Shown here: piece after piece, positions 13,236 to 24,763 of the stretch
Position numbering within the stretch: position 1 is the first letter of the stretch
Layout of the letters: every line of letters begins with the position of its first letter
Assembly: GCF_009914755.1 (NCBI RefSeq)
Contig: NC_060929.1
DNA: 64,000 bases
Direction: 5' to 3' (one strand)
Origin: the human T2T-CHM13v2.0 reference genome, Homo sapiens
Position numbers and translations under genes: made by a program
Notes under the pieces: generated by a model
What the model saw: only the letters and a program-made list of their open reading frames with translations
The model's database searches: none
Told to the model about the DNA's origin: nothing

Positions 13236-16200
13236 AGGACGCTGGACCATACTTTGAGAAAAACTTGCATGTGACTTCTAGGAAATGGGCTGATCAGAGA
13301 AACACTAAGGAGGTAGAAGTAACAGGAGCTGGCAATGGGCAAGCTGGGTGGAAGAGGATAAGGGAGGAGCTGCGAATGACTCCCACTGTTCTGACCTGGG
13401 TGCTCTGGGACATTGATGATGCAGTTCCTGGAGACAGAGGGTGTGGAAGAAGCCAGCTGGGCCATTTGGAAAGAGCAGAGCCCTGAGCACCTGGAACACA
13501 GGTCAGGTATATTTTGATGGGAAAGAGACAGAAAAGTAGCATCGAGAATCAATTTGCATCTCAGAATTGGGATCCCTGCCCTAATCTCTCTACTTTATGC
13601 GGCCGTGTCCTGCTTTTCATGACTCTAGAAAGCAGAGGAGAAAGTGGATGTAAGATATAAATTAGTCTGTCTTGTAGGGCTTTCTCTTGGTCCCATTCTG
13701 GGACCAGCCAGTGTCCATACCTGTGGCCTTTGGTATCCAATTTAAGGCAGTTCTTCTCTTTCCATGATCACACAGTAAAGGAGCCCCCGTATACAGTGCT
13801 CCAGGACTGAGTCCAGTTTTTAGTGTAGCGTGCAACAAGAGCAGAAAAGGCAGAGTTGGGAAGGACATGTCAACGGGCAGCAATGAGGTGGTATAAAGAC
13901 CCTGGGCATTTGGAGGCAACAGAGGGAGAAAGGTCTGCTTCAAGGACCAACTTGGTCTCTTCCTATCTCTGCCCTGGCAGCACCAGCAGCTGCACATTGG
14001 CCCTTCTTACCACTTCCATGGCAAAACCAAGGTTTCTCTACCTCGCCTAGCCGGCCCCTGCAGACTTGCTGACACAGCTGAGTGCGGAGTGCATCTAGAC
14101 CCCAACATGAGGCGCCCTTCTCTCAAAACAAATGAGCCTTCGAAACTCCAGCAAACAGTGCTAATGAATTGCCCTCGGCTTCTTAGGCATCATTTTCTCG
14201 TAATTATAATGGGAAGAAGACATGGAGTCCCACTGAGAACGTGGAGCTAGCCTGCCCCTAGAGCAAGGCAAAATCCCTCTCTGAGGACCACACTCAAGCA
14301 GAACTGATTTTTCTAAGACTTAGAGAAGAAACAAAATCTGATTTAATTCTTAGGAAATTGCTTTTTTTAACCCACCTGTGTAAGCCTGTATTTAAATGCT
14401 AATATATTTGGCCTGCCGGGATGCCACATTTATTTTCTTCCTTAGCAGCAACAAAAATCATTTATTTATGAGAATTCTAGCTCCTACCTGCTCTCCTGAG
14501 TTCCTCATCTTCATTTCCATCTACCAGCTGGATGTTTGTCTTCCCAAGACATACAAAATCTGTAACCGTCTCCCTTCCCAGACCAGATTCTCTTTATACC
14601 TTTCCTGTTTCTGTTTCCAGAACTACTGATGGCTTTTGCCTCCCTCTGCTTCCCCCGTGCTTTCCTCCAATCAGTCATTAATCACACTGCTCAACCTTCC
14701 TCCCACCGGGGCAAATAACATAACTTGCCTAAGCCTCCATTTCCTCATCTATAAAATGGGTTTAATAAATACTAATACCTACTTCATGAGCTTGTTACAA
14801 GACTAGGATGAGCTAATCCAAATAAAACACTCAGAACAGCATCTGGCAACAGAGTAACACATCACAGTGATATTTCTATAATGATTATGACAATGATCCC
14901 GACCCCCACGGAACCTGTCCCTTTCCTCTTTGTAGTTGTTCTATGAGCTGACCAGCAAACTCTGGGAGGGCCCTATCCTGCTCATTAGAAAACACAGACC
15001 GGACACTCTTCATTTCATCACTATTTTCACTGCCTGAAATTCTCTACCTTATGAATTTGTTTGTTTGTGGTCTGAGTACCCCCTCCCCTGTTCAGCCTGT
15101 AAAATGCAACTTCCATGAGGCAAGGGATTTTGTCTTATTTACCAGCATATCCCTAACGGCTGACACACAGTAGGTGTCGGATAGATATTTGCTGAATGAA
15201 CACGTGAGGAGAAAAAGGCTCTAGGATTTTTGGAAGGAAGACATCTAGACGGCGCTGGTTTTTAAGCCCTTCAACACTCAGGTTTCAGGGCTCCCTTCTC
15301 TGCTCTGCTCATTTCTGCTTTGCGGGCAGCCCTGTGACAGGCTCTGTCACTACGCGGGGAGAGAGGTGCAGGCTGGAAGAAGAGCGTTTTTTTCTAGTTC
15401 ACTTCTGCCTGCATCTCCACGGCAATAGTTCTTGACCCTAGCATCAATATGTTCCAGCTGCAGCAGCTGGTTCCAGTTTGTAGTGTTTTTCTTTCTTTAA
15501 CTCCCAGAATGAAGCTCATCACACAACCTCAGAGACATCAGCACCAGCCAGCAGGCACTGCCTCTGCCTCACTGGGTCCCTTTGCTGAAGTTCTAGGTCC
15601 AGGGGATTCCAGTCTTGATTTCCTTTATCCTCTACTCACCCCCACCCAACTCTAGGAGTGGTAGCTGCTTCCTGCATTTCCTATCTCTATGGTTCCTTAG
15701 TGTTCCTTTTAGCCTCCTGCAGTCCTCCAATGCTAGCTTAACAAGTCTTTATGTGAAGTCCTCTCTGTTAAACTGGCTGCTGTGGTCTTTTTCTCCCGGC
15801 TGGACAGTGACTGATCCCTTGTCTAGTCATTCCCTGCCTCCCCTCCCACGCCACAGCTCTGGCCTTAGAGGGAATTATTTCCAGGACAAACATCTTCAAT
15901 CTCTCTCCACGATGCATCCAGGGATGGAGAGTGTATGATTTAATAGACAGCTGCTAATTTCTTCCAATATCGAGGCAAAATATACCTCTCTAACACTGTG
16001 AGTCACTTTCATTTTGAGCCCTGGTGAGATATCAAATAAGTTTTTGTAAATTTTAGAGTCAAATGTCAAATGATCTCGGATTCAAATTCAGCTTCAGCTG
16101 TGTGACCATCAAGAAGTTACTTTCCCTCTCCGGGCCTGTTTCCTCACCTATAGAATATATAATATCGTAATAGCTACCTCATAGGGCTATAATAAATATT

Positions 16201-17479
16201 TAAGGTGTGTATGCACTTAGAACAGTCACCTGCACGGGGAAGAAACTTGGTGAATGATGCTGTCATTATCATCATTGAGGAGGACAGCCTTTCAACTTTT
16301 GAAGGACAGCATGTTTGTCCTCTCTTAGCCTTGCACTCGAAGTCGGAGCACTTTCCCAGGCCCAGACACCAGCTGGAGCCCCCATCTGCTTGTCCTACTT
16401 CCGCCTGGAACTGGGGTGTGAAGATTCCCATAAACGCTTCAGGTGGAGAGAAAACTCTGACTTCCCAAGTTCCTTTGGATAACGCACATCTGTGACCCAG
16501 AGGCTGACTAACACATGCCTGCTGATGGTCTCATTTCTAGGGTCTCAGGTGCTATGTAAATCCTCTTCCCTGTTCTTTATTTGCAGGATAGCACATTCCT
16601 TGAGCAGAGCACGATTCTCTCCTGTACTCTCCTGTCATGAAGTGCATACTGGCACACCTTGCCTTCCTTTGATGGGAATGTTCTTGGCACACTGAGTCCC
16701 TTGCCCATGTATTGGGGGGATATTGCTGTGTGGTGTTTTGGATATTGCTGACCCTCTCTGGGCCTGACTTATTTGTCCAAGGCTGAGAGTTCAAACACAT
16801 GATGCCTTGCAGAGATCAGAGGAGAATCCAAAATGCTTACTGCTAGGAGAGAGAAAAATCAAAGAGCTGGCTCCATAATTTCGAACAATTATAAAGTCTC
16901 ACCTGCACAGCCTCTATTTATTTTCACCTTCCTTTTTCTGTGCTTGCTTGGTTTCCACCTCTGTGAGTTCTTTTCCACTTACCACAGCTTCAGTGATCTC
17001 AATCTTCTCTTCCTCTTCTGGAATTCTCTACCCCTCCCTTGATAAAAACAGTGTTTTATAATGGTTTCATGTGAGAGCAACGATCCCATCTCACACTTCC
17101 TTTGGAGCCCTCCACAGCATTTGCCTGGCACTGGGCACACAACAGCTGTTCAGGACTCCAGACCGATAGAGAATGTTTCTTGTCTAGTCACATAGATGGT
17201 AGGTGGTAGTTTTGGGGATGGGGCAGGAATGGCATCAGCATCAACAGTAGGAGAGGTAGGAGCAGCAGCAATAACCTTTGCCGTTGACGTAATAACCTCT
17301 GCCATGTACTATGCCAGCCACTATATTAAGCACATTAATTTCATTTAAACCTTCCCCAGACCCTATGAGATAAGGATTATTATTCCCATTTTACAGAAGA
17401 AAAAACTGAGGCTCAGTGAGGATAACCTGTTTGTTCAACAGCTGCTGAGTTGAACTCAACCCTAGGATTGAGCTCAAGG

Positions 17480-17845
17480 CTGTCTTTGGCCTTTGTGCTT
17501 GTTATCCTCTCAGCCTTAACTATTCTTCCCCCCCTCAGAGAGCTGTATGGCTGGTTTGAGTCTCTGTTCAAATGTCATCTTAATAGAAACCTTCCCCAGT
17601 GGCCCTATCTGAAATCGGAACTCCTGTTACTCTCTATCCATTTGATCAGTTTTCTTTTTCTTTAAAGCACTATCTCTTGTATAGAGGCCCATTTGTTGAC
17701 TATTTCTGTCCCTGGACCACATGAATATAATGTCAATAAGCCCAGGGACTTTGTCTGTTCTATCTACCACTGTATCCTCAGCACCTGGAACAGAGTCCAT
17801 GATAATCGTATACTTTCAATATGCATGTGTAGGATGAACAAGTGA
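17480..17845 (+). mobile_element. L2 LINE 3' fragment
   Basis: TTCAAATGTCA..CCTTCC, CAGGGACTTTGTCTGTT..CACTGTATCCTCAGCACCTGGAACAG..GATGAA 3'-end pattern. Confidence 0.55.
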
Positions 17846-18674
17846 GTCAGTAAATACCTAGTGCGAAGATCTGTGCTCTTATCCATTATACATCTGGCTT
17901 GGAGGAGTTATGGGATGTTCATAGGATTTGTCAGGTCAAACAACATATGCTTTTGTTTCTTTCCCAAAATATGGTCAAATGTTGGGATTCCAGATTCCTG
18001 AGCTGGGGCCCAAATGCAGATCCACCCTGGACATTTCTTATCATCCCTGAACAGAGGCTGCTAACTGTCTTGTGGGAGCCATTCCTCCAGCAGGATTCCT
18101 GGCCAGATTTCCAGGCTGAAGACTGAGCTCTGGATCACCTTATATCACTATGGTCACAGCCTTTTTTCCTTTGGCTTCTCAGTTTTTAGTCTTACCCTCT
18201 CTGGTGGGATGGAAGAGAGGAGAAACTGGGCATAGTTGAGAGTCCTATGTCCTGCAAAGTGAACTCACCTATTCAGAGGACAGTATTATTGTTGGTAAAA
18301 TGATCAGATGGGTCCCACACCCTCCCTTCCAAACTTTCTGTCTCTGATCCTTCTCCATGGTGCCTAGGTTGTCTGCTCTTTGCCCACTCCTTGCCTGCCA
18401 GGTCGTGCTCCATGACCGTCTTAACACCTACCTGCCTCATGCCTCAATTCCACTAAGATTCTGCAAAGTGAAAGAAGTTAGTTAGATAAACTGATTCTCA
18501 ACAAGGACTGAGTGTCTCGTGGTGAATCTCCTCCTCTGTAAGTCCATGAGGGCTCTGACTTTGTCGTCTTATTTGTCTGGCTCAGCCCTTTCTGCATCCT
18601 GGGTGCTCAGCTCTTTCCTACACACTGGGAGCTCAGTAAATATTGGATAAGTGAATGAGTGAACCAAAGACTAA

Positions 18675-19000
<326 letters not shown>

Positions 19001-20199
19001 ACCATGTGCCTTTTAACTGGGACCTTCAACTCTTAAGACAGAGAGTGCATAACACGGCAATTTTAAGCCCTAAGACATCTAGCACAATGGGGTATTTCCT
19101 GCTAGAGCTACTTCTGTTATATATGCTCTGACTCCTACCATGCTGGCAAGGCTTGAGGGCTTCGGGGTTTTGAGGAGGCTCTGAGTTTGCAGACTGTCTC
19201 CCAGGCCTCTTTTCAGAGCTGAAATTTGTTGATGAGCACTCTGAAGGCTGAAGTTTCTTTCTTCAAGATTCACTTCCACATTGACTCCCAGAACACGGGG
19301 TAAAAATCAGACCTGATACATGAGTTCTGGCTTATCTGGCATTTGTCAACTCAGTCTCCATTCTCTGTCTCTTAAGCAACGGATTCCTCTTGAACATCCC
19401 AGAGAAGCAGATCAAAGGGAGACAGTCGAGGCAGAAGAAGAGACTTTCCAAGGCATAGCCTTATTCAGATGAAGGTGTTTCATATCTGCTATTCACAAGT
19501 AGCCACACTGCATTCACAGATGTACCCATGGCCAGGGCCCACAAGGACTTTCTGAGGAAAGCAAAGCAGGGTTGTTTTGGGGGAGGTTCACACCTGGTGA
19601 AGAGGGTGGAATGAGATGTCCCTGCCACCAGGGTCCCTTCCAACTCACGGAGCCTATGGTACTGAATGGCAGCCAGGTTTTTTATGGAGCAATAGCTGGA
19701 CTTCACATTTGCATAATGCCTTGCAGTTTCACTGTTAAGAGTACTGCATTGTATTCTAATTATATGAATCTCGGTCATTCCTTTATGACATTTCTGAGGA
19801 ATACTATCTCAATCAAGAAAAGCCCTAATTGCACTCCTCTCCTATCCCGGTGAGAGAGCACAGACTCGTGCCTGCTCCGCAGGGGTGGAGGCTGGAATTC
19901 AGTAGTCTGAGTCGGGGATGCCTGGAGCAGGAGGTGGTCAGGGGCATTGTCCTTTCCAAGTCAGGAAGGCAGACAGCACCTGCTGTTGGTGCCAAGGTTA
20001 CTGGACAGGCTGCGAGGGCTCTGTCTGTCTGTCCGATGTTCACAGGCCAGCTCCCCGGAGGCTCAGCACTCAGCCCAGCTTCTCCGAGATGCAAACCAGG
20101 CCACTCTGAGGCTGCCTACAAACTTTCTGCTGAGTGCCGACAGCTGCTTCCTGCTCTGCGGGGAGTTCTTCCAGATCCTGATCAAGGCACAGAGAATTG

Positions 20200-20719
20200 A
20201 TCTATCAGATTAACCAGGAAGGAAAGAGTGGGAGAGCGAGTGTGGGAGGCTGTGGGGCTGAGTGTTTTCTGCGTAGCAGTCCCCTCCCTTCTGACTTGAG
20301 TATTAATTGCTACATTACCGCTGCCATGTAAGAAAGACAGTCAGCAAAGCCTGGGAGAGCTCCAGCTCCTCCCTCCCTGCTCTGCTCAACTTCACTCTCC
20401 TCCTCGGTTCCCTTGGAGTACCTTGTGCCCCGGCAGTGCTGTCCCGGCCCTGGCATCCTGAGGTCCTCCCGTGGTGAGGACTTAAGTGGACAGCAGGAGT
20501 GGGTGGAGAGAGGGAGGGAGAGTTTGCCCTGCAGGCTCTCTGGATGCAGAAGCCAGACTCGCTGCAGAGGCAGCTGTGCTGTTCCCGGAGCCTGGCTTCA
20601 GGGGTGCATCCGTCACTCAGGGTTCATTCACCCAGGCAGGCTCCAAGTTCCTGGGGTGCACAAGGTGGGCACTGTCCCTTCTGGGTGCTGACAGCAGAGC
20701 CTGGCTCCCCTCCGCCACC
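20200..20719 (+). promoter_or_regulatory. KCNIP1: Putative promoter / 5' UTR of the distal KCNIP1 first exon (non-CpG-island)
   Basis: Repeat-free sequence immediately upstream of a strong Kozak ATG. The exact TSS cannot be read from sequence. Confidence 0.55.
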
Positions 20720-20807
20720 ATGAGCGGCTGCTCCAAAAGATGCAAGCTTGGGTTCGTGAAATTTGCCCAGACCATCTTTAAGCTCATCACTGGGACCCTC
20801 AGCAAAG
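20720..20807 (+). CDS. KCNIP1: KCNIP1 (KChIP1, Kv4 channel-interacting protein) alternative first coding exon, MSGCSKRCKLGFVKFAQTIFKLITGTLSK + 1 nt
   Basis: CCGCCACCATG Kozak; 88 nt (29 codons + 1) ending AAAG|GTATGG. The peptide matches the KChIP1 isoform N-terminus that continues D-KIEDELEM in the next exon, which lies outside the window. Confidence 0.93.
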
Positions 20808-23800
20808 GTATGGAAACTGGCCTTGACCCTTGCTTTCTGTCTTGATATGGCCTGGCTGGTCGCATTGCCTCGGTGTGGTGAGCGTGACCATTCTGGTGCA
20901 CCCAGGTCTTGGAAAAAGCTGGGGAAATTGGTGGCTGGGATTCGAGGTTGCTGACAACCTGCGTCCTGGCTTTGAGTAGGCGGGCACCCAGCCAGGGAAC
21001 TCAGCTGGCTGTAATTGCCTGGAACTTTGGAAATGGAGTTGGTGGTGTGTGGCTGATACGTTATGGGCGGGCAGAGGGATAGAACCCTTTCCAGAGCATT
21101 GGAAGTGGCTTAGCGTGACTGGAGTTTCAAGAAGTTATCCATGGAAGGTTGTATTTTGTTGATAAAAGAGAGATTTGATGCAGTGGGTTGTGAGTAATTC
21201 TGCAGAACAGAGACGCTTGAGGGGGCCAGTGGGAGGTGGTGATGGGCCGGCATCTGCTTTGCCCTGGTGGCTTCAGAAACCGGATCAGCTCTGCACCTCA
21301 AGTGCCAAGAGCCTCCTCTCATAGGGTTCCAGCGTCTCGTGCTTCTGGGGCTTCATTCATCGTTCTGCTTTCTTGGATCCCTGTCCCTCCACATTTCATG
21401 CCTATGTCCATGCCTGTCTTTTCTGCTTCTCCAGGAACTGGGGTGGCAGGTGGTTTGCAGGAGTAACTGTCTGGGCAGATCAGAAAGTGTGGCTATGGAC
21501 CAGAATTAGGGCTGCAGCCCCAGATGGGCCCACAGCCGGGAGGCAGAAAGAAGGCTAACTCCTCAGGGCCCAGTCCTGTGTCTTAAACCCCATTTTACAC
21601 TTGGCACCAGGGAAGGTGAGGCCCTCAGAGGGGTCTGGCCAACTTTGTGGAGATGATGTCAAGGGAGAGCAGCAGCATGATGTGGTTCCACTGGCTGAAA
21701 AAACGTCTTTAAATATTCATGCTGTCTTTCAGGAAGAGTCTTTGGGGGCTGGGGAGAGAGGCACTGGAAGCAGCAGGCAGAATATTCAGGGAAGGAGCCC
21801 ACAAAACTTTGATGGGATTTTACAAAATGACAATGAGAGCAGAGAAAGGCTATATGCAGCCAGATCTCATGACATGGCTCAGGTGCCCGCCACCCAGCGG
21901 GTCTGGCCCAGTGTACGTTGTGTGGCATGTGTGGGTGGTGGGAATGATGGGATTCTGTTTATCTCCTTCCTTGGGATGTTCTGACCTTCCTGTTATTTCC
22001 CTACCATCCTTCTGAAGTGGGGCACTGCTCTTCCAAGATACCCAGGTGGGCTGAGCCCCCAATGTGGAGGGCCAGGCTGCCTGGCAGAATTCCTGGAGGC
22101 CAGAAGTGGGGTAAACAGGAGGTTAATGGGTATAGCTGTGATTGCTCTCAGTGGCTTTACCTCCTGGAGAAGGAGAAAGCAAAGGGGTTAGGAAATTTCA
22201 CAAAGTCTCCCCATTCAATCCTCAGAGACAGCTGGAAGGTTTTCTTTCCTCATTACAGATAGCAGGACCTAAGAGGGTAATGGGTGTGGGGCAGCAACCC
22301 ATTGCAGCCTCTCATGGAGGGCTTGTCCCCACCTGCAGTCTAGTGGCGACCCAGACCCCACACACAGATGCTCCCTGGATGCCACACTGAGTGCTGAGAT
22401 GGGGGAATCATGGGGGTCAACAGGCATAGAGAAGAGATGTCTGGGGCAGACTAAGGAGTGCCTCCAAACAGTGACATCTAAGCTGAGATGAGGAGAGGCA
22501 GGGCTGAGAAGGTGGGAGGAAGCCGAAGCTGCCAGAGGGAGCAACATCAGAGTGTTGGCCTCTGCAAGGAACCAGCTGGAGAGTCAGAATGCCTCCCTCT
22601 CTCTGCTCAGAATCCCAGAAACTAAGATCCATGTGACACAGAAGGGACTCCGTGGGGACCTGGCCTTCCTGTGAACTGCTTCAGTACAGCCTTTCCTGTG
22701 GCCAGGGCTCAGAGAGGCAGCCCATGGCAGGCACCAGGGCAGGATTGTGTCTTAACCGCATCTGTCTTCTTTGCTTCAGCTCCGCAGAGAGGACCAAGTG
22801 TTTACACAGCCCCGGCTCTGCGCCAGGCACGTGCTAGGTGACTGGTGTTCTACCCGATCCAGGTGTTTGCTAAATATTTGTTAAATAGTGAGGAACATGG
22901 GAGCAGGGCCAGGCTGGGAGCAGGGTAGCTGAGAAAGGCCTGCAGAGAGTCCAGAAAACGGCTTTCTAATGTTTACACCTCCCCTAGGTGGATTTAGATT
23001 CAACCCTACATGGATACATTATGATTGCTTAATGATTTCTGATTTTAATTTGATTTCACTTATTCATTATTCATTGCACTGAGTTCTAGATTTGCAGTAA
23101 TCCAACCCTCAGGAGAGGGATTTTTCTTTGTCCCTTGCAGAACTGAGGAATGTAAAGAATGTGTTGGACCAGGTACCTGCTTGTTCTATGGCAATTTACT
23201 GTTTCTTACCAGCCTTGCAAATACCTGGGGGACAAGGAGGGTCCAGGATCACCCTCCCTGTCCTGCCTGTTCCTAACCCTTGGCCACCTCCTGCCATGCC
23301 AGAAATCCTTCTTGCCATTTGTCTAAGATGCCAGCTAGCCCAGATTTCTCATCAGCGCTTATTGCAGAGATAAACTGCTCATGTCCACCTGCTCACATAT
23401 CTCATCAACCTTGAACTTTCCTTCCTATCCCTGATCATAATTTGTGGTCTGCATTCCCTTTAGGAACATGTTTGCTAAAGGCTCTCTTCCCCACTAGACT
23501 TCAGCTCCATCATGGCAAGACCATGTGCATTTTTTTGCTCACCACTGTGGCCAGAGCTACTAGCATGGGGCCCAGAATGGAGTATGTGTGTTACCGTGTT
23601 AAACGAATGCAACGGCACCGCACGGCACAGACACCAGCCGTCAGCCTGAGATGACCCCTGGTACAGGAGCTTTCTAGGAAGCACTATGCAACACCTGTCC
23701 CACAGGTGCTCAGCAAATGCTCTCTGAAGTCTGTTTAGCTGCAGCAAGCTGAGTCTGCAGCCTCCAGCCTCCAGCCTGCGTGAGCCTCCAGCCACGTAAA

Positions 23801-24371
23801 ACATTCAGGCTGGGTCTGAGCTTGCATAGTGTCTAGGGAAGGGCATTAAGATTGTTCCCAGAAGGAAAGGCTGGGTGGGCAGGCTTCTGGCATCCCCACT
23901 CCCACCCCTCTGGCTCTATTTTTATTTGTTTTATTTACTGGATTTCTCCCACATTTAAAGAATCTCTTTGGCATTAAAAAAAAAAAAAATTTCAAACCAC
24001 GAATGCAGTGAGGAGCACAGTTGGTTTCTAGACTGAGACATCCCCGGACCCTGCACTGTGGCTCGGAAGCCTCGGACTGGGTCCCTCACCTCCCTGGCAT
24101 TTAGTTTCCTCATCTATAAAATGGAATTACAATACCCTTCTTATGGGGTTGAATGAGATTGTGCAGATAAAGCTCCCTGCCTATTAGGTGCTCAGTAGTG
24201 TTGATGGATATGACTTCTGTTATTAGCGGATACTCTCATGGTTGAGAGCCCCTCCGGGCTGGGACTCCCTCTCACTCATTACTTGTTTTCTCAGCACCAG
24301 GCACAGATTCTAAGAGCAACATCTCATGATCACTTTATGAAAGCCTATGGCCTTGTCAGTTACTGCATGAC

Positions 24372-24669
24372 TTTATTTATTTATTTATTTTGAGGCAGGG
24401 TCTCATTCTGTTCCCCAGGCTGAGTGCAGTGATGCAATCACGGCTCACTGCAGCCTCGACTTTCTGGGCTCAAGCAATCCTCCCACCTCAGCCTCCTAAA
24501 TAGCTGAGACCACACATGTGCACCACCACAACCAGCTAATTTTGACTGTTTATAGAGACAGGGTCTCACTATGTTGCCCAGGTTGATGTCAAACTCCTGG
24601 CTCAAGAGACCCTCCTGCCTTGGGCTCCCAAAGTGCTGGGATTACAGGCATGAGCCACCACGTCCAGCC
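24372..24669 (-). mobile_element. AluJ-like SINE
   Basis: GCAGCCTCGAC..GGGCTCAAGCAATCCTCCCAC J-type features; TSD ACTG(C/G)ATGACTTTA. Confidence 0.9.
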
Positions 24670-24753
24670 ACTGGATGACTTTAGACCACTGCTTCCCCTC
24701 TGCTCAACTTGTTTTCTTAAGGGCCTACCCAGAGCCATCTCCCTCACCTGATT

Positions 24754-24763
24754 CCTTATTAGG
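24754..24763. promoter_or_regulatory. Perfect CArG box CCTTATTAGG
   Basis: Matches CC(A/T)6GG. Confidence 0.35.

Noticed and set aside
20486-20845. 119-aa ORF as a single-exon gene or N-terminal extension of KChIP1
   Set aside because: It starts at a GTG. The real start is the Kozak ATG at 20720 and the exon ends at the 20808 donor.
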